From IMG/VR virus record IMGVR_UViG_3300047323_000138, positions 1 to 64,000 of that record: a stretch of 64,000 nucleotides of DNA; one strand, given 5' to 3'. Position 1 is the first letter of the stretch. The number at the start of each line of letters is the position of its first letter. Positions 20,065 through 30,149 of this stretch are shown here, piece by piece. This stretch comes from a virus. The position numbers and the translations under genes are program-made. The notes below the pieces were generated by a model, which did no database searches, was not told where the DNA came from, and saw only the letters and a program-made list of their open reading frames with translations.

Positions 20065-21006
20065 TTATTGTTTTTTACTTTTGTTAATAAGTTCACCAAC
20101 AAGATTCAGACCAGCTTCTTCTTGTTTCTTAGGTTCACCTTCACCGCTAACACCTTTCTCTTTGAAAAGGTCAGACTCTTTTTCGTCTTTAGCATTACCG
20201 CCAAGAGATTTAAACATTACACCGAAAGCTTCATCGGAGAGGGCTTCGGTTGCTTTGAACAGAGCTTCAACTTCAGCTTCTGGACGAACACTTTTCAGCA
20301 AGTCTTTACGAGCTTTTGCTACGACTTCCAGTTTCTCAGCCTTGAACACTTCCAAATCAGCGAGTGCTTTAGTCAGGGCAGACTCTTTTTCTACGAGCTG
20401 AGCTTTAAGAATTGCTTCAGCAGCATCAACTGCTTTCTTGATTTCTTGTTCCAAAATTTCTACCTCAGATTTTTTAAGTTCTTGCGCTTTATGCATCAAC
20501 AGTAGATGCTCTTGCGTATCTTTATTTTGAAGGGCTTTAGTTACAAGGCTATAGATTCCTTCTTCTAGTTTATCTTCCGCATCATCAGACAGAAGCATTT
20601 CCCCAGTTGTCGGCTCGTAAGAAAGAGTCCGAGTCATGGGTTTGGCCAAATCACCAAGGGTGACTTTTCCATCTACAAGAGAGTAATCTACCGAAAATAG
20701 ACCACCCTCACTACAGAAGAGAACAATGGAATCATTATAATCTTCTACATACAGCCAACGCTCATCGTCACTACCGAAAGCTTCACGTACTGCACTAGAC
20801 AGTGCATCATTAAGCTTAGACGCATACATTGATTTAGTAATACCAAGAGCTACAAGAGCCTTTTCAACATCGTCAGTAATAGTTGCATCAGACTTCATAA
20901 GAAGAGATATGTTACGTCCATTAGCACTCCCTTGTTGCAACTCCATATGAGTCAAAGCCAAATGTGGGCGCTTACTGTCATCTTTTGTTTTAATAATCAA
21001 AGGCAT
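20065..21006 (-). CDS. Capsid scaffold protein
   Basis: Acidic/Lys-rich coiled-coil C-half; lies between protease and decoration protein. Confidence 0.7.
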   Translation of the reverse strand: MPLIIKTKDDSKRPHLALTHMELQQGSANGRNISLLMKSDATITDDVEKALVALGITKSMYASKLNDALSSAVREAFGSDDERWLYVEDYNDSIVLFCSEGGLFSVDYSLVDGKVTLGDLAKPMTRTLSYEPTTGEMLLSDDAEDKLEEGIYSLVTKALQNKDTQEHLLLMHKAQELKKSEVEILEQEIKKAVDAAEAILKAQLVEKESALTKALADLEVFKAEKLEVVAKARKDLLKSVRPEAEVEALFKATEALSDEAFGVMFKSLGGNAKDEKESDLFKEKGVSGEGEPKKQEEAGLNLVGELINKSKKQ

Positions 21007-21707
21007 TATTCACCACCATCGAATGTGACATTGGTGATTTCACCAGTCTTTTGATTGATCTTTCCTTTACCGCCAATACTTACACCACCAATAACACCAG
21101 ACTTCTTGAGGTTCCAAAGATCCTCGCTGTGGTACTGAACCTTAGCAATCCAAGTACCAGCCTTGATCACTTCATCAGTTTGAACTACTTTGACATCCAA
21201 CTCTTTTTGGACCCAAGTAGATTCAATGGTGAATGCGTCAGTTTGTTCAAGGTGAAACAGATTGGCAGTGACAACTCCTTTCTCAAGGTTCTGGTTGAAG
21301 TTCTCACAAGCCTTTTCAATAGTGGCTTCAGACATCCATTCACCATGAGCATCTTTCACTAGAGGCTCATAGACAACTTCGTAAGACACCATCTCTTCGT
21401 TGAGTTCTTCAACTACTGGTTCAGCAGAAGTATTGCCGAAGAACTTCTCAATAAAGCTAGAGAACATATCAATCATTTCAGAAGCTTTGAGGATGTCAGG
21501 TAGTTCATTATCTGGATAGAATTTCTTGTAAGCAGCACGAACTTTCTTCTTTACTGCTGGAAGATCAGCTTCCGGGATATCTACTTTGTTACCTCTGAAA
21601 CCTTTACCAAGAGCTGCAACAGCATCTGCTGTATGTCGGGCATCAGAGATATTAAGCTTTGCTTTAGACTCGTCTTCTGGGTCTGGATTATATGCATATG
21701 TCGTCAT
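21006..21707 (-). CDS. Prohead maturation protease (XkdF-like) with extra N-terminal domain
   Basis: VVYEPLVKDAHGEW, NLFH, IESTW, GTW and GGVSIGG motifs. Confidence 0.8.
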   Translation of the reverse strand: MTTYAYNPDPEDESKAKLNISDARHTADAVAALGKGFRGNKVDIPEADLPAVKKKVRAAYKKFYPDNELPDILKASEMIDMFSSFIEKFFGNTSAEPVVEELNEEMVSYEVVYEPLVKDAHGEWMSEATIEKACENFNQNLEKGVVTANLFHLEQTDAFTIESTWVQKELDVKVVQTDEVIKAGTWIAKVQYHSEDLWNLKKSGVIGGVSIGGKGKINQKTGEITNVTFDGGE

Positions 21708-23180
21708 TTACGTATTCTCATTATTCCCTACAGAAGTGTCATTTGATCCCACTGGACTCTTACTCGTACCCGGACCTGCTGTAGAAAGTCCTTCACCAGC
21801 GCCAGTAGTATTACCAGTAAGTTGAGCTTTAAGATCATCAAGAGACATCTCTGAGTCATGACGTGTTGGTAAGCCAACCCACTCAGCAACTTGGTTAATG
21901 TTTTCAGGAGTGATACTAACGAGGCCAACAGATGCGGCACGTTGCAAGTACTTAGAGAGAACATCCAAATCTTCTTCTTTAATCTGGTCATACTCAAACT
22001 TCGGCATACGGTCCAACGACCAACCATTTAAACGCCAAAGTTGCGGAATCAAATCAGAGTTAAGAGGGTCTTGAATCTCTTTCAGATAACTTTCAACTGC
22101 CATGTGAACAATGCTGGACTTAGAGTCCGCAAGGTTGAACGAACCACCTTTACTGTTACCCATCTGCAAGATATCAGCGAACAACGCTTGAAGGATCTTG
22201 TTATCCCAACGAGTAATGGCTTTATCAGTGTCATACTGACTAGCATTAGGTGGGCCAATAAGTTCAAAGTCAAACAGGCTGTTATTCTGATCATCGTAGA
22301 ACTTTGGCATGATAATACATGCTTGTTCATTGTTCTGAAGATTACGACCAATATTCTTAAAGGCTTCAACAGTTGCCATTTGATCAGCAGTGGCATCAGC
22401 TTTCAGGTAATCAGCAGGAATATCAAACTTAGGGATACCACCCAATCCACGAGTGATACCAACAGCTTCAGACTCCTCAATCTGTTTACGATAACGCCAA
22501 GCTTTATAAACTTTACTAAGAGGAGAGCGACCTTGTGGGTTATCTCGACTTACATCTGTACGGAACAGAAGAAACTTAGGACGTTCAATATCAATCTGAC
22601 CGCCGTAGTGGCTACTATTAGCTAGGCGATAACCATCAACTAGGAAGCTAGTATCTTGCACAACACCCGTAAGTTCACGTCCAGTATCATCAAACAACCA
22701 ACGATAAATCGTGGTTTGAGAGCGAGTGGCAAGTTTCTTAATACCTACAAGTCCATCATCAAATCTAGAGCCTGTAGAGAGGCGTCTACGTCTATACACT
22801 TTCTCTTGAATCGCATAGCCGTATGTAAACATGCTGGTTACTTCCTTAATAAAGGAGAACCAACTATGTTCCATGTCAGCCATACATTGCTGAAGGAATT
22901 GAACTTTCTTAAGATCGTCTTCTGTGGGATCACTTGGAGGAACTACTTTCCAAGCTACACGGCTAATCATCATAGAGAACAAAGAAAGAGCAGAAGCAAT
23001 TGTTGCATCTTCTCCCATTTCTTGGTAAGTACGGTTGGCTCTAGGCCATTGTAGATCGCGTCTTTGCTCTTCGAGAATTATACCATCAAATTCTCGTAAC
23101 CCAAGCCATCCAGATTCTCCCATCTTAATTCTAAGAGCCGGATTATCACCAGCCTCCAGATTCAAATCATCATTTGCCAT
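21708..23180 (-). CDS. Portal protein (DUF935-like)
   Basis: DNPQGRSPL..VYKAW.Y and GGSFNLADSK motifs; between terminase and protease. Confidence 0.88.
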   Translation of the reverse strand: MANDDLNLEAGDNPALRIKMGESGWLGLREFDGIILEEQRRDLQWPRANRTYQEMGEDATIASALSLFSMMISRVAWKVVPPSDPTEDDLKKVQFLQQCMADMEHSWFSFIKEVTSMFTYGYAIQEKVYRRRRLSTGSRFDDGLVGIKKLATRSQTTIYRWLFDDTGRELTGVVQDTSFLVDGYRLANSSHYGGQIDIERPKFLLFRTDVSRDNPQGRSPLSKVYKAWRYRKQIEESEAVGITRGLGGIPKFDIPADYLKADATADQMATVEAFKNIGRNLQNNEQACIIMPKFYDDQNNSLFDFELIGPPNASQYDTDKAITRWDNKILQALFADILQMGNSKGGSFNLADSKSSIVHMAVESYLKEIQDPLNSDLIPQLWRLNGWSLDRMPKFEYDQIKEEDLDVLSKYLQRAASVGLVSITPENINQVAEWVGLPTRHDSEMSLDDLKAQLTGNTTGAGEGLSTAGPGTSKSPVGSNDTSVGNNENT

Positions 23181-23884
23181 TAATCCTCCATAAGACCAAG
23201 TTCTATCAAGTGATCTTCACAATATTTTGGCCAGAAGCCGTAGTATTCAAAATGAGCTTTATATGAAACTATCGCAGCTTCTTTTTCAGAGTCATGTCTT
23301 TTAAGCCAAATCTGATTACCGTCTTCATCTAAAATGAATGCAGTCCACTTATCTTTGGTCTTGTGATAACTAACGCCACGGTACTTTGATGTTGTATCAC
23401 TTTGTTTTCTTTTATTTCTAAGATTAACTTTCCGAGTTACCCACCGGCAATTTTCTTTGCAGTAATTACCTTCGTTGTCTTCTCTATCTAAGTCATAACC
23501 TTTTATATAGGTTGGGGACATATCTTCAATAAATTGTTTTGGAGTTAAAAGCCACTCATCACAAACACCAATTCCACGACCACCATAGTTATGGAAATCG
23601 GGATATTCTGGATTAGTGCAGCGCTTAACCATATCTACCCAAGCTTGGTAAATAACATCTTTTGACAGTCCGTGTGTTGTTAACCTTTCAGCAGATACTT
23701 TGTTTCGGTGGCATCCACAGGAGACTGTGCTTCCCTTCTTAATATCTTGAAGGTTTGGGGATGTTTCCTTACCGCAATCACATAGGCATACGGCCACTTT
23801 CTTCCGGTATGTACCAAAATCTTTTGTGTAAATTTCTTGGATAGTAAGATAATTTACTTTATCACCAACTTCAAATGTACTCAT
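23180..23884 (-). CDS. Free-standing HNH-AP2 homing endonuclease
   Basis: CLCDCG, SCGC, THG, YGGRGI, LDREDNEGNYCKENCRW and SKYRGVS motifs. Confidence 0.88.
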   Translation of the reverse strand: MSTFEVGDKVNYLTIQEIYTKDFGTYRKKVAVCLCDCGKETSPNLQDIKKGSTVSCGCHRNKVSAERLTTHGLSKDVIYQAWVDMVKRCTNPEYPDFHNYGGRGIGVCDEWLLTPKQFIEDMSPTYIKGYDLDREDNEGNYCKENCRWVTRKVNLRNKRKQSDTTSKYRGVSYHKTKDKWTAFILDEDGNQIWLKRHDSEKEAAIVSYKAHFEYYGFWPKYCEDHLIELGLMED

Positions 23885-23974
23885 TTTTAATCTCCGTTCA
23901 GATTGAATAGGCGGTGACTATCTAGCGAACGGGCTAGAGGGAGTTGCAATCTCTTTTCATCACCATGAAACATT

Positions 23975-25402
23975 TTAAAAATTAAACTCATTCATCTTAC
24001 CGAGTGCCGGTATTGAGAATGTCGGAATATTCAGTTTTTGTGCAAGTGTGATAAATGCATCACTCGTAGCATCGACCTGATCATCCTTGTTATTTCTGGA
24101 GCCATCAAAGCCTTCCAACTCACTAAAATAGTCTTTATTCCACTCTGCGTCAACATAATCAACTAGCCCTGCCTCAGCAGCAGCAGCAAATGGTTGAAAT
24201 CTCACCGTTTTGCTCTTATTCGTTGGACGCATTCTTGCGTGGAAACCTTCAGCTAGAAGGTCTTTAATCATCATTTGACCAGCAGCTTTACCGGCTTGAC
24301 CGGGCTCCTGCGGGAGTAGGATGTTTGTCCCTTCAGGATCATTAACAGCACACTCAATAATCTTCTGCATTACTTCGCCGTAACGTGCTCTAAAACGAAT
24401 AACATCTACAACAATATAGTGTAAAGATTTTGTCTTTGCCATTAGGACACCAACAGTCCAGTCAGGATTTGGATTCAAGTCACTAGGAAGTGTTCCTGCA
24501 ATATCCCATGCTCTGCAATATGAAATAATGTTTTGTTCAAACATCTTCACAGGTTGCATCCAATCTTTTTTCAGCATGCCCGACCCGGAAGGCCGTACAA
24601 ACCAGTTGCCGTAGAGGTAGCGTTGCACATCTACAAACGGCTTGGCTTTAAGTGTGGAGATGTAGCCCCTGTCATTCGCAAGAAGTACAGGGTTGTCATA
24701 GCAGGTTGCACTAATGAAAGTAAAAGTTTTAATACCACTCTCTTCACCTTCACCATATATATCTTCTAATTCTTTTCTATCATCTGCCCAAATGTACTTA
24801 CCGTCTTCAACTACATAGTAGCGAATTTGCCCATCTTTCGACTGATCAGGTGTACCATCTTCTTGTAGATAAGGTCGAATCCAATCTAGGGCAAACCAAT
24901 CTGGATCAGGGTTGCACGTAAGCACCATCTGTTTCTTGTGCTTAGCTCTTGCAGAACGAATACGAAGTCCAAGATACTCAATACAAACTTGAGAGAAATG
25001 TGTGGCCTCGTCAAATAACACAAAAGTATATTGAGCGCCTTGGTGCTGGAACCGATTTTGGTCGTGTTCCATGTGGGAGAACTTAATACTACCGCCTGAT
25101 GGAAATGTAATCTTCAGGTGTTTTTGATTAACTTTAATGTTCTCTTTACCAAAAACATAGGCATAAAGTTCACAAGCTGTTTCCCACAGACCACCTTGAG
25201 CTGTAAGTTCGCCTGTGGTCTTACGAAAGATAACCCCACGCAGATATGGATCTGATGCGAACTTAAGAGGATAAAGCAAACTTACGTAACTTTTTCCGGA
25301 GCCCATAGCTCCCCCTACAATAGCCGTGTCAGCCGACTGATGCAGGATGAGGTTTTGCTTAGGACTACTTGGCCCAATAGGAGTTTGTTCTAAATCGTCC
25401 AT
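23975..25402 (-). CDS. terL: Terminase large subunit
   Basis: Walker A GGAMGSGKS, Walker B VLFDEATHF, LTCNP, RuvC-like RAWDIA and DDQVDA. Confidence 0.95.
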   Translation of the reverse strand: MDDLEQTPIGPSSPKQNLILHQSADTAIVGGAMGSGKSYVSLLYPLKFASDPYLRGVIFRKTTGELTAQGGLWETACELYAYVFGKENIKVNQKHLKITFPSGGSIKFSHMEHDQNRFQHQGAQYTFVLFDEATHFSQVCIEYLGLRIRSARAKHKKQMVLTCNPDPDWFALDWIRPYLQEDGTPDQSKDGQIRYYVVEDGKYIWADDRKELEDIYGEGEESGIKTFTFISATCYDNPVLLANDRGYISTLKAKPFVDVQRYLYGNWFVRPSGSGMLKKDWMQPVKMFEQNIISYCRAWDIAGTLPSDLNPNPDWTVGVLMAKTKSLHYIVVDVIRFRARYGEVMQKIIECAVNDPEGTNILLPQEPGQAGKAAGQMMIKDLLAEGFHARMRPTNKSKTVRFQPFAAAAEAGLVDYVDAEWNKDYFSELEGFDGSRNNKDDQVDATSDAFITLAQKLNIPTFSIPALGKMNEFNF

Positions 25403-25450
25403 CTATAGTCCTTTAGAAAATTAGCTTCCTCTTCTAAAGGAATGCATTAC

Positions 25451-25789
25451 TTAAACTTTATTATTAACTTCCAAGAAATCTCGTATCATTTGATTTTTAT
25501 CTCTTCCTGTAATCCCACGAGTGGCTACAATTGGACGTAGATCTTCAATACGCATTTCTTGCAAGACTTCCTTAGTCCACTCCTCCCTAACAATCACAAC
25601 CTCAACACTAGGCTCTGACTTAAGAAACTCTTCAGTCTCAATATTCATCACACATGCATGAGGGTAGTCATTAAAGAATCGCTCTTTCTTGTCCAACACA
25701 CCACCCTTCACAGAGTATTTAATGATGTTGTCAATAAAGTTATGACCGTAGTAGTCTTGGCTTGTAATAAGCAATTTATATTTGTTCAA
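25451..25789 (-). CDS. Hypothetical protein upstream of terL with short helical nucleic-acid-binding-like C-terminus
   Basis: TTG start with GGAG RBS; own promoter. Confidence 0.65.
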   Translation of the reverse strand: MNKYKLLITSQDYYGHNFIDNIIKYSVKGGVLDKKERFFNDYPHACVMNIETEEFLKSEPSVEVVIVREEWTKEVLQEMRIEDLRPIVATRGITGRDKNQMIRDFLEVNNKV

Positions 25790-25825
25790 TTCTTCTCTCC
25801 GTTGTTTCTTTCTTTGATATTGGAG

Positions 25826-25854
25826 ATTCTACAGACTTTATATCTGGAAGTCAA
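25826..25854 (-). promoter_or_regulatory. sigma70-like promoter upstream of 25789/terL
   Basis: TTGACT-17 bp-TAGAAT with TG before -10. Confidence 0.65.
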
Positions 25855-25924
25855 GCTTTTGGAATATTTATTTCAATTATTTTAATAACAAGCACTCGAT
25901 TAAGAATGCTTGCGATAAAACAAC

Positions 25925-26269
25925 TTAACCGCCAGTAGAAGTTTCACCAATAACAGTGACTTGTATAACGGTGCCGTCTGGAACAGTCCTTGTGGTCGCA
26001 CCAAGAGCTAGCAAGTTAGCACCTCTAAGTCCGTACCCACTAGCACCGGTAGTAGTTGGTGCAGTACTCAATGTAGCCCAAGCTCTATCATAAACGTTAG
26101 CTGAGGATAGAATTGCTGTAGCTTGTACAACAGGAGCACTAATAAAGCCTGCTGCTGTGTAGTCTACGCTCCAAGCACCACCAGAAGTTGTAGTTGTTCC
26201 AATCCAAACCACAGGACCGTTCATAATCCCATTAGAATTATAGCCCCAAACAGCAACATGATCAGTCAT
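25925..26269 (-). CDS. Small beta-rich virion/fibre-associated protein
   Basis: Thr/Gly-rich; WSVDYTAAGFISAPVVQAT; coupled to fibre gene. Confidence 0.6.
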   Translation of the reverse strand: MTDHVAVWGYNSNGIMNGPVVWIGTTTTSGGAWSVDYTAAGFISAPVVQATAILSSANVYDRAWATLSTAPTTTGASGYGLRGANLLALGATTRTVPDGTVIQVTVIGETSTGG

Positions 26270-26270
26270 C

Positions 26271-28481
26271 TTAAATTACCCTGTAAGTGAAGGTGAATAC
26301 ATGGTCACGAGCAGCGTTGGATCCAGCTTGGAACTCCATCAATGCCCTATCAGTTGTTGTATTGGCAGAGAGGGCACCAGATTGTGTAGTTTGCCCACAA
26401 GAGCTAACACCAACCAAATCACCGATAGCTCCAAGGTTGGATGTAACAGGAAGGGTCATTTCTATCGCTGTAGCACTGCCGTTGGTTGTTGGGTCAATGT
26501 TGATACGACCACTCACAGTAACCATTGTACCAATTTGAGTGAACATACACACAGCGGCTGTCACAGCTTGGATGTTGCTAATGTTTGTGATTGTTGGTGT
26601 ATATGTACTGGAAGTAATCCCAAGGTTTGTACGTGCATTTGCTGCTGTACTGGCTCCAGTGCCACCATCTGCTATATCTAGGTCAGTGATACCAGTAATG
26701 CTACCACCTGTAATGGTAACGCTATTACCGTTCTGTACAGCCATTGTACCAAGACCTAGTGTAGTCCTAGCAGATGGTGCATCCACATCATCAATCAAGC
26801 TACGACCATAAGTGGTCAGAGATGTTTCACCGTAAGCATCTACACCAGCAGAGTAGAACAATCTATCAGCCACAGTACCGAAGGTAGAGAACTGTTGTAG
26901 TGTATTATCCCAAGCCTGAACATCTGTACCAATAACCAATCCAAGATTGCTTCTAGCTGCGCTAGCAGTTGAAGCCCCTGTCCCGCCATCAGCTACAGTA
27001 ATATCAGTGATGCCTGTTACAGAGCCACCAGTAATACTTACGCTGTTGCTATTCTGAGTAGCGATAGTACCCAAGCCAAGATTAGTGCGTGCAGTAGGAG
27101 CATCACTTGCCCCAGTACCACCATCGGCAATAGTAATATCCGTAATCCCTACGACACTACCACCTGTGATAGCCACATTAGCAGCATTCTGCAATGCCAT
27201 GTCACCAAGGCCCAATGTTGCACGAGTAGTGGCAGCAGAAGTGTCATCTAGGATTGTACGTGCAAAAGGAGTGAGGACTGTTTGAGCAAAGGTATCTACA
27301 CCAGTGCTATAGGTCAGTCCATCAGAGGCTGTAACTTGAGCAGCTAGAGCCGTCAGTGTAGCATCAACTGGTTGAGCACCGATAGAGGTAGTTGTGATAA
27401 CCACATCACCCGTACCGCCATTGATTGTATTTACTACGTCTTGAATGGCACTTTTACTGAGCTTATTAGGGCTCAAAAGCGTTTCTAGTTTAGTTTTGAT
27501 ATCTGTGGCAGAGTAGACACGATCAGTGATTACATCGTCGAAAACACCGCGTTGAATCATACTAGCGAAGTATGCACTTCCAGCCGGACTACCTTTCAAA
27601 GCTACGACATCAGCTCTAATTTCAAATTGAAGTTCAACACCCGCTGATAGGATTACAGGGCTGTCTGTGAAATCGAATGTGTTATCACCCAACACCCAAG
27701 TAAGCCCATCAGTATCCTTCTCGAATGAGGTCTTGTTTGGGATGTATTTTAAAGCAACGCCATTACTGGTTTGACTAACTTTAATCCTGACATTAGTCAT
27801 TGGAGCATAAGTGCGGAACTTAATAGCGTTGGTTCTGGCATTGTTCTGCACAACGTACAAGAATGTCAGCGGATTGTCTGGGAGATTTGTACTGTCAATA
27901 GGCTGAGCACCAAATTCAAATTCAGGCTCAATCAAATGAAATACAGTAGGTTCAGAAGATGCAGCAGTACGTGGAGTATAGAAGTCCACAATCGTGTACT
28001 GACGATCATTAAGAAGGTTGGATATACCGAGGAAACCAGCTACTTCAGACAGCTTCAGAACATCGCCGAAGGTAACGGAGCCGCTCTCCACGCCGAAGCC
28101 GGGCGGGGCTAGAATTGTACCGTCTTCCAGTACTCGCATCCCGGAGCCAGAGAAAGTACCGTCAATAAGCTTATATGGAATCTCACCAATGGGCACTCCC
28201 GCTAAGGAGACTACTTCACCATTTGGACCTTGAACAACAGGAGTAATGTCTACCCATTGTCCGGCAATACGTTGCATGAAGGCAGAGGTTAGCACTACAT
28301 CCGTATAGATCAACCTACCCAGAAGATCGCTGTTACCATCATAAATGGCTAAGTTGGAAGGGTTGCTAGCAAAGTAGCTATCTCGTGCAGCTTCTGCTGC
28401 TGTCCTATCAGCACCCATGAAGTCATGAGTCTGTGGACCCATACGAAGGGATCTATTAATTCTGGAATCTGTTGCACTCAT
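26271..28481 (-). CDS. Fibre protein with tandem repeats (head or auxiliary tail fibre)
   Basis: Three copies of LGLG(D/T)xAxQNxxxVxITGGSxxGITDxxxADGGTGAS and two of T(P/T)xxRxxxDDxxAxxxRxTLGL. Confidence 0.75.
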   Translation of the reverse strand: MSATDSRINRSLRMGPQTHDFMGADRTAAEAARDSYFASNPSNLAIYDGNSDLLGRLIYTDVVLTSAFMQRIAGQWVDITPVVQGPNGEVVSLAGVPIGEIPYKLIDGTFSGSGMRVLEDGTILAPPGFGVESGSVTFGDVLKLSEVAGFLGISNLLNDRQYTIVDFYTPRTAASSEPTVFHLIEPEFEFGAQPIDSTNLPDNPLTFLYVVQNNARTNAIKFRTYAPMTNVRIKVSQTSNGVALKYIPNKTSFEKDTDGLTWVLGDNTFDFTDSPVILSAGVELQFEIRADVVALKGSPAGSAYFASMIQRGVFDDVITDRVYSATDIKTKLETLLSPNKLSKSAIQDVVNTINGGTGDVVITTTSIGAQPVDATLTALAAQVTASDGLTYSTGVDTFAQTVLTPFARTILDDTSAATTRATLGLGDMALQNAANVAITGGSVVGITDITIADGGTGASDAPTARTNLGLGTIATQNSNSVSITGGSVTGITDITVADGGTGASTASAARSNLGLVIGTDVQAWDNTLQQFSTFGTVADRLFYSAGVDAYGETSLTTYGRSLIDDVDAPSARTTLGLGTMAVQNGNSVTITGGSITGITDLDIADGGTGASTAANARTNLGITSSTYTPTITNISNIQAVTAAVCMFTQIGTMVTVSGRINIDPTTNGSATAIEMTLPVTSNLGAIGDLVGVSSCGQTTQSGALSANTTTDRALMEFQAGSNAARDHVFTFTYRVI

Positions 28482-28492
28482 TTAATATCTCC

Positions 28493-28768
28493 TTATACAA
28501 GTTGTTGTACGGAGACGTGAGTGTTACCAACTTTAATTGCTTTCCCCCAAACAATATCTGTTTCGTTTTCGATATACAGGTATTTCAAAGGTTCAATTAC
28601 TTGACCGTTTTCAGAAGATGCTGCTGGGAGGGATGCTGCAATAATAATACGTACAGGCTCACTACCCTTGTTCTGAATAGAAAGAGGAGTGCCAGTGATT
28701 AATGAGGTCGCGAGGTTAAGATTCTGGTATGCTGCACCAGTTAGAATTACATCTGGCAATGATGCCAT
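28493..28768 (-). CDS. Small hypothetical (probable virion) protein
   Basis: GGGAG RBS; LSIQNKG beta-sandwich-like motif. Confidence 0.6.
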   Translation of the reverse strand: MASLPDVILTGAAYQNLNLATSLITGTPLSIQNKGSEPVRIIIAASLPAASSENGQVIEPLKYLYIENETDIVWGKAIKVGNTHVSVQQLV

Positions 28769-28898
28769 ATTATTCTCCCTTCAGAGATGGTGGTTCTTAT
28801 GAACCGACCTTATTGTTATTGTTACAAAGGGGAATATACACTGCAATTACAAAGCTATAATCACTCTATAATTGTATATAAAAGGTGTTGAAAGCCAC

Positions 28899-29043
28899 GG
28901 CTGCCTGCTAATCAACTTGAGAGAACAAAGGTTTTTCTCTCCTCACCACACTTGGTTGCATTACGAGGAACCACTCCGTCCAGTTCTTAAGCTGGCTAAG
29001 ATTTGTGAGTCGCCAGACTCACGGGTTTCCGAACTAGGCAGCT
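28899..29043 (-). ncRNA. Unassigned multi-branch structured RNA
   Basis: Closing stem gctgcct/aggcagc enclosing four hairpins in intergenic DNA. Confidence 0.55.
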
Positions 29044-29055
29044 CAGAAATTCTTT

Positions 29056-29460
29056 TTATTCGTCTTCATCAGGTTCAACGAACACCAACGACAAACGAGG
29101 TTTCATCTCGGACTTAATCTGTTCCGGGGTTTGTTCTTCCTCTTCAGGATCACGCTTCCCTTCAGCACGGGCTTTGAAGTTTGTAATCTCATCGCTGCTA
29201 GCTGCTTTTTCAACGCTAACAATCGAGTTGATCACCCACTTTGCACTTGCAACGGATTCAGAGTTAACAGTTTCGTTGTTAAGACTCTTATCAATCAAAG
29301 CTAGAGCAATATCTTCTCGTGTACGAAGCTTATCAGCCAACTCACGAAGTTTACTCTTTTTGATACGAACCTTACTATTTCCTTTCAAGTTTTGATTAGA
29401 GCGTTCCGCCCCGAATCGTGTACTTGGGCTAGGGTTTGGATTTGTAATCTTCTTGGTCAT
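29056..29460 (-). CDS. Putative terminase small subunit
   Basis: NPNPSPSTRF N-terminal motif seen in TerS-like proteins; 134 aa; near terL. Confidence 0.5.
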   Translation of the reverse strand: MTKKITNPNPSPSTRFGAERSNQNLKGNSKVRIKKSKLRELADKLRTREDIALALIDKSLNNETVNSESVASAKWVINSIVSVEKAASSDEITNFKARAEGKRDPEEEEQTPEQIKSEMKPRLSLVFVEPDEDE

Positions 29461-30149
29461 ACTAGTTCCTTATACTTCTGATGGAATATTTTACGGGCTT
29501 GGATATCTTTAATACCAAGCTCTCTTTGAATTTGGATTATTTTATAACCTTTCTCAGCCAACTCACGTCCAAGTCTGTATCCTTTGCGAGTTAGAAATCC
29601 AAAGTGAGTTATCTTATCCAAATCTCTCCAATCAAAAGGTAGTACATCTGTATGGACCGAGTAGTTGTCACCGTTAATTACTTTCTCAACAGCCCAGCGA
29701 CCACAATCAAAGTATTTACTCAGTGCTTTCACATCTAGACGTTCTTCTCTAAATTCAGTTCGAATAAAGTAAACATCATCTTCCGTGAATAAAGCAGTTG
29801 CATTATTTTCACCTTGTTGACCAAACAACCACCTATCACGAGTGCCGTGCTTTACAGAATCAGCTTGATTCTCTTTGTGAGTGCCGGTTGCAAGATGCAG
29901 AGGGTTGTTGCACAGGCTGTTACCACACAAGTGGCGGACAACTAGTTCGTCTGGAACTTCACCTACGAACAACGTATAGAAAAGTCGATGTGTATGCCAA
30001 TTTTTATTGTCGTGTTTTTGTTGACCATAACCATCACCTTGCTTGAAGATGCTTTTACGCCACAACCAACAGCCTTGATGATTCTCAATAACATTTTCCA
30101 TCAAATGAATCTTTAATTCTTCAATACTTCTTGAGTTTGGACCGGCCAT
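29457..30149 (-). CDS. Free-standing HNH homing endonuclease (Zn-finger HNH plus HTH)
   Basis: GCWLW, HRLFY, VRHLCGNSLCNNPLHLATGTHKENQAD. Confidence 0.9.
   Translation of the reverse strand: MAGPNSRSIEELKIHLMENVIENHQGCWLWRKSIFKQGDGYGQQKHDNKNWHTHRLFYTLFVGEVPDELVVRHLCGNSLCNNPLHLATGTHKENQADSVKHGTRDRWLFGQQGENNATALFTEDDVYFIRTEFREERLDVKALSKYFDCGRWAVEKVINGDNYSVHTDVLPFDWRDLDKITHFGFLTRKGYRLGRELAEKGYKIIQIQRELGIKDIQARKIFHQKYKELV

Noticed and set aside
23940-23965. GUGAUGAAA resembling a second hammerhead core
   Set aside because: Lacks CUGANGA and a GAAA after stem II; better explained as a branched leader
26600-27300. Nucleotide repeats suggestive of an array
   Set aside because: They are coding repeats of the fibre protein, not CRISPR or diversity-generating repeats
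28872-29117. Plus-strand ORFs over structured RNAs (28872-29117, 33271-33456, 35548-35766)
   Set aside because: No RBS, antisense to local transcription, non-protein-like composition
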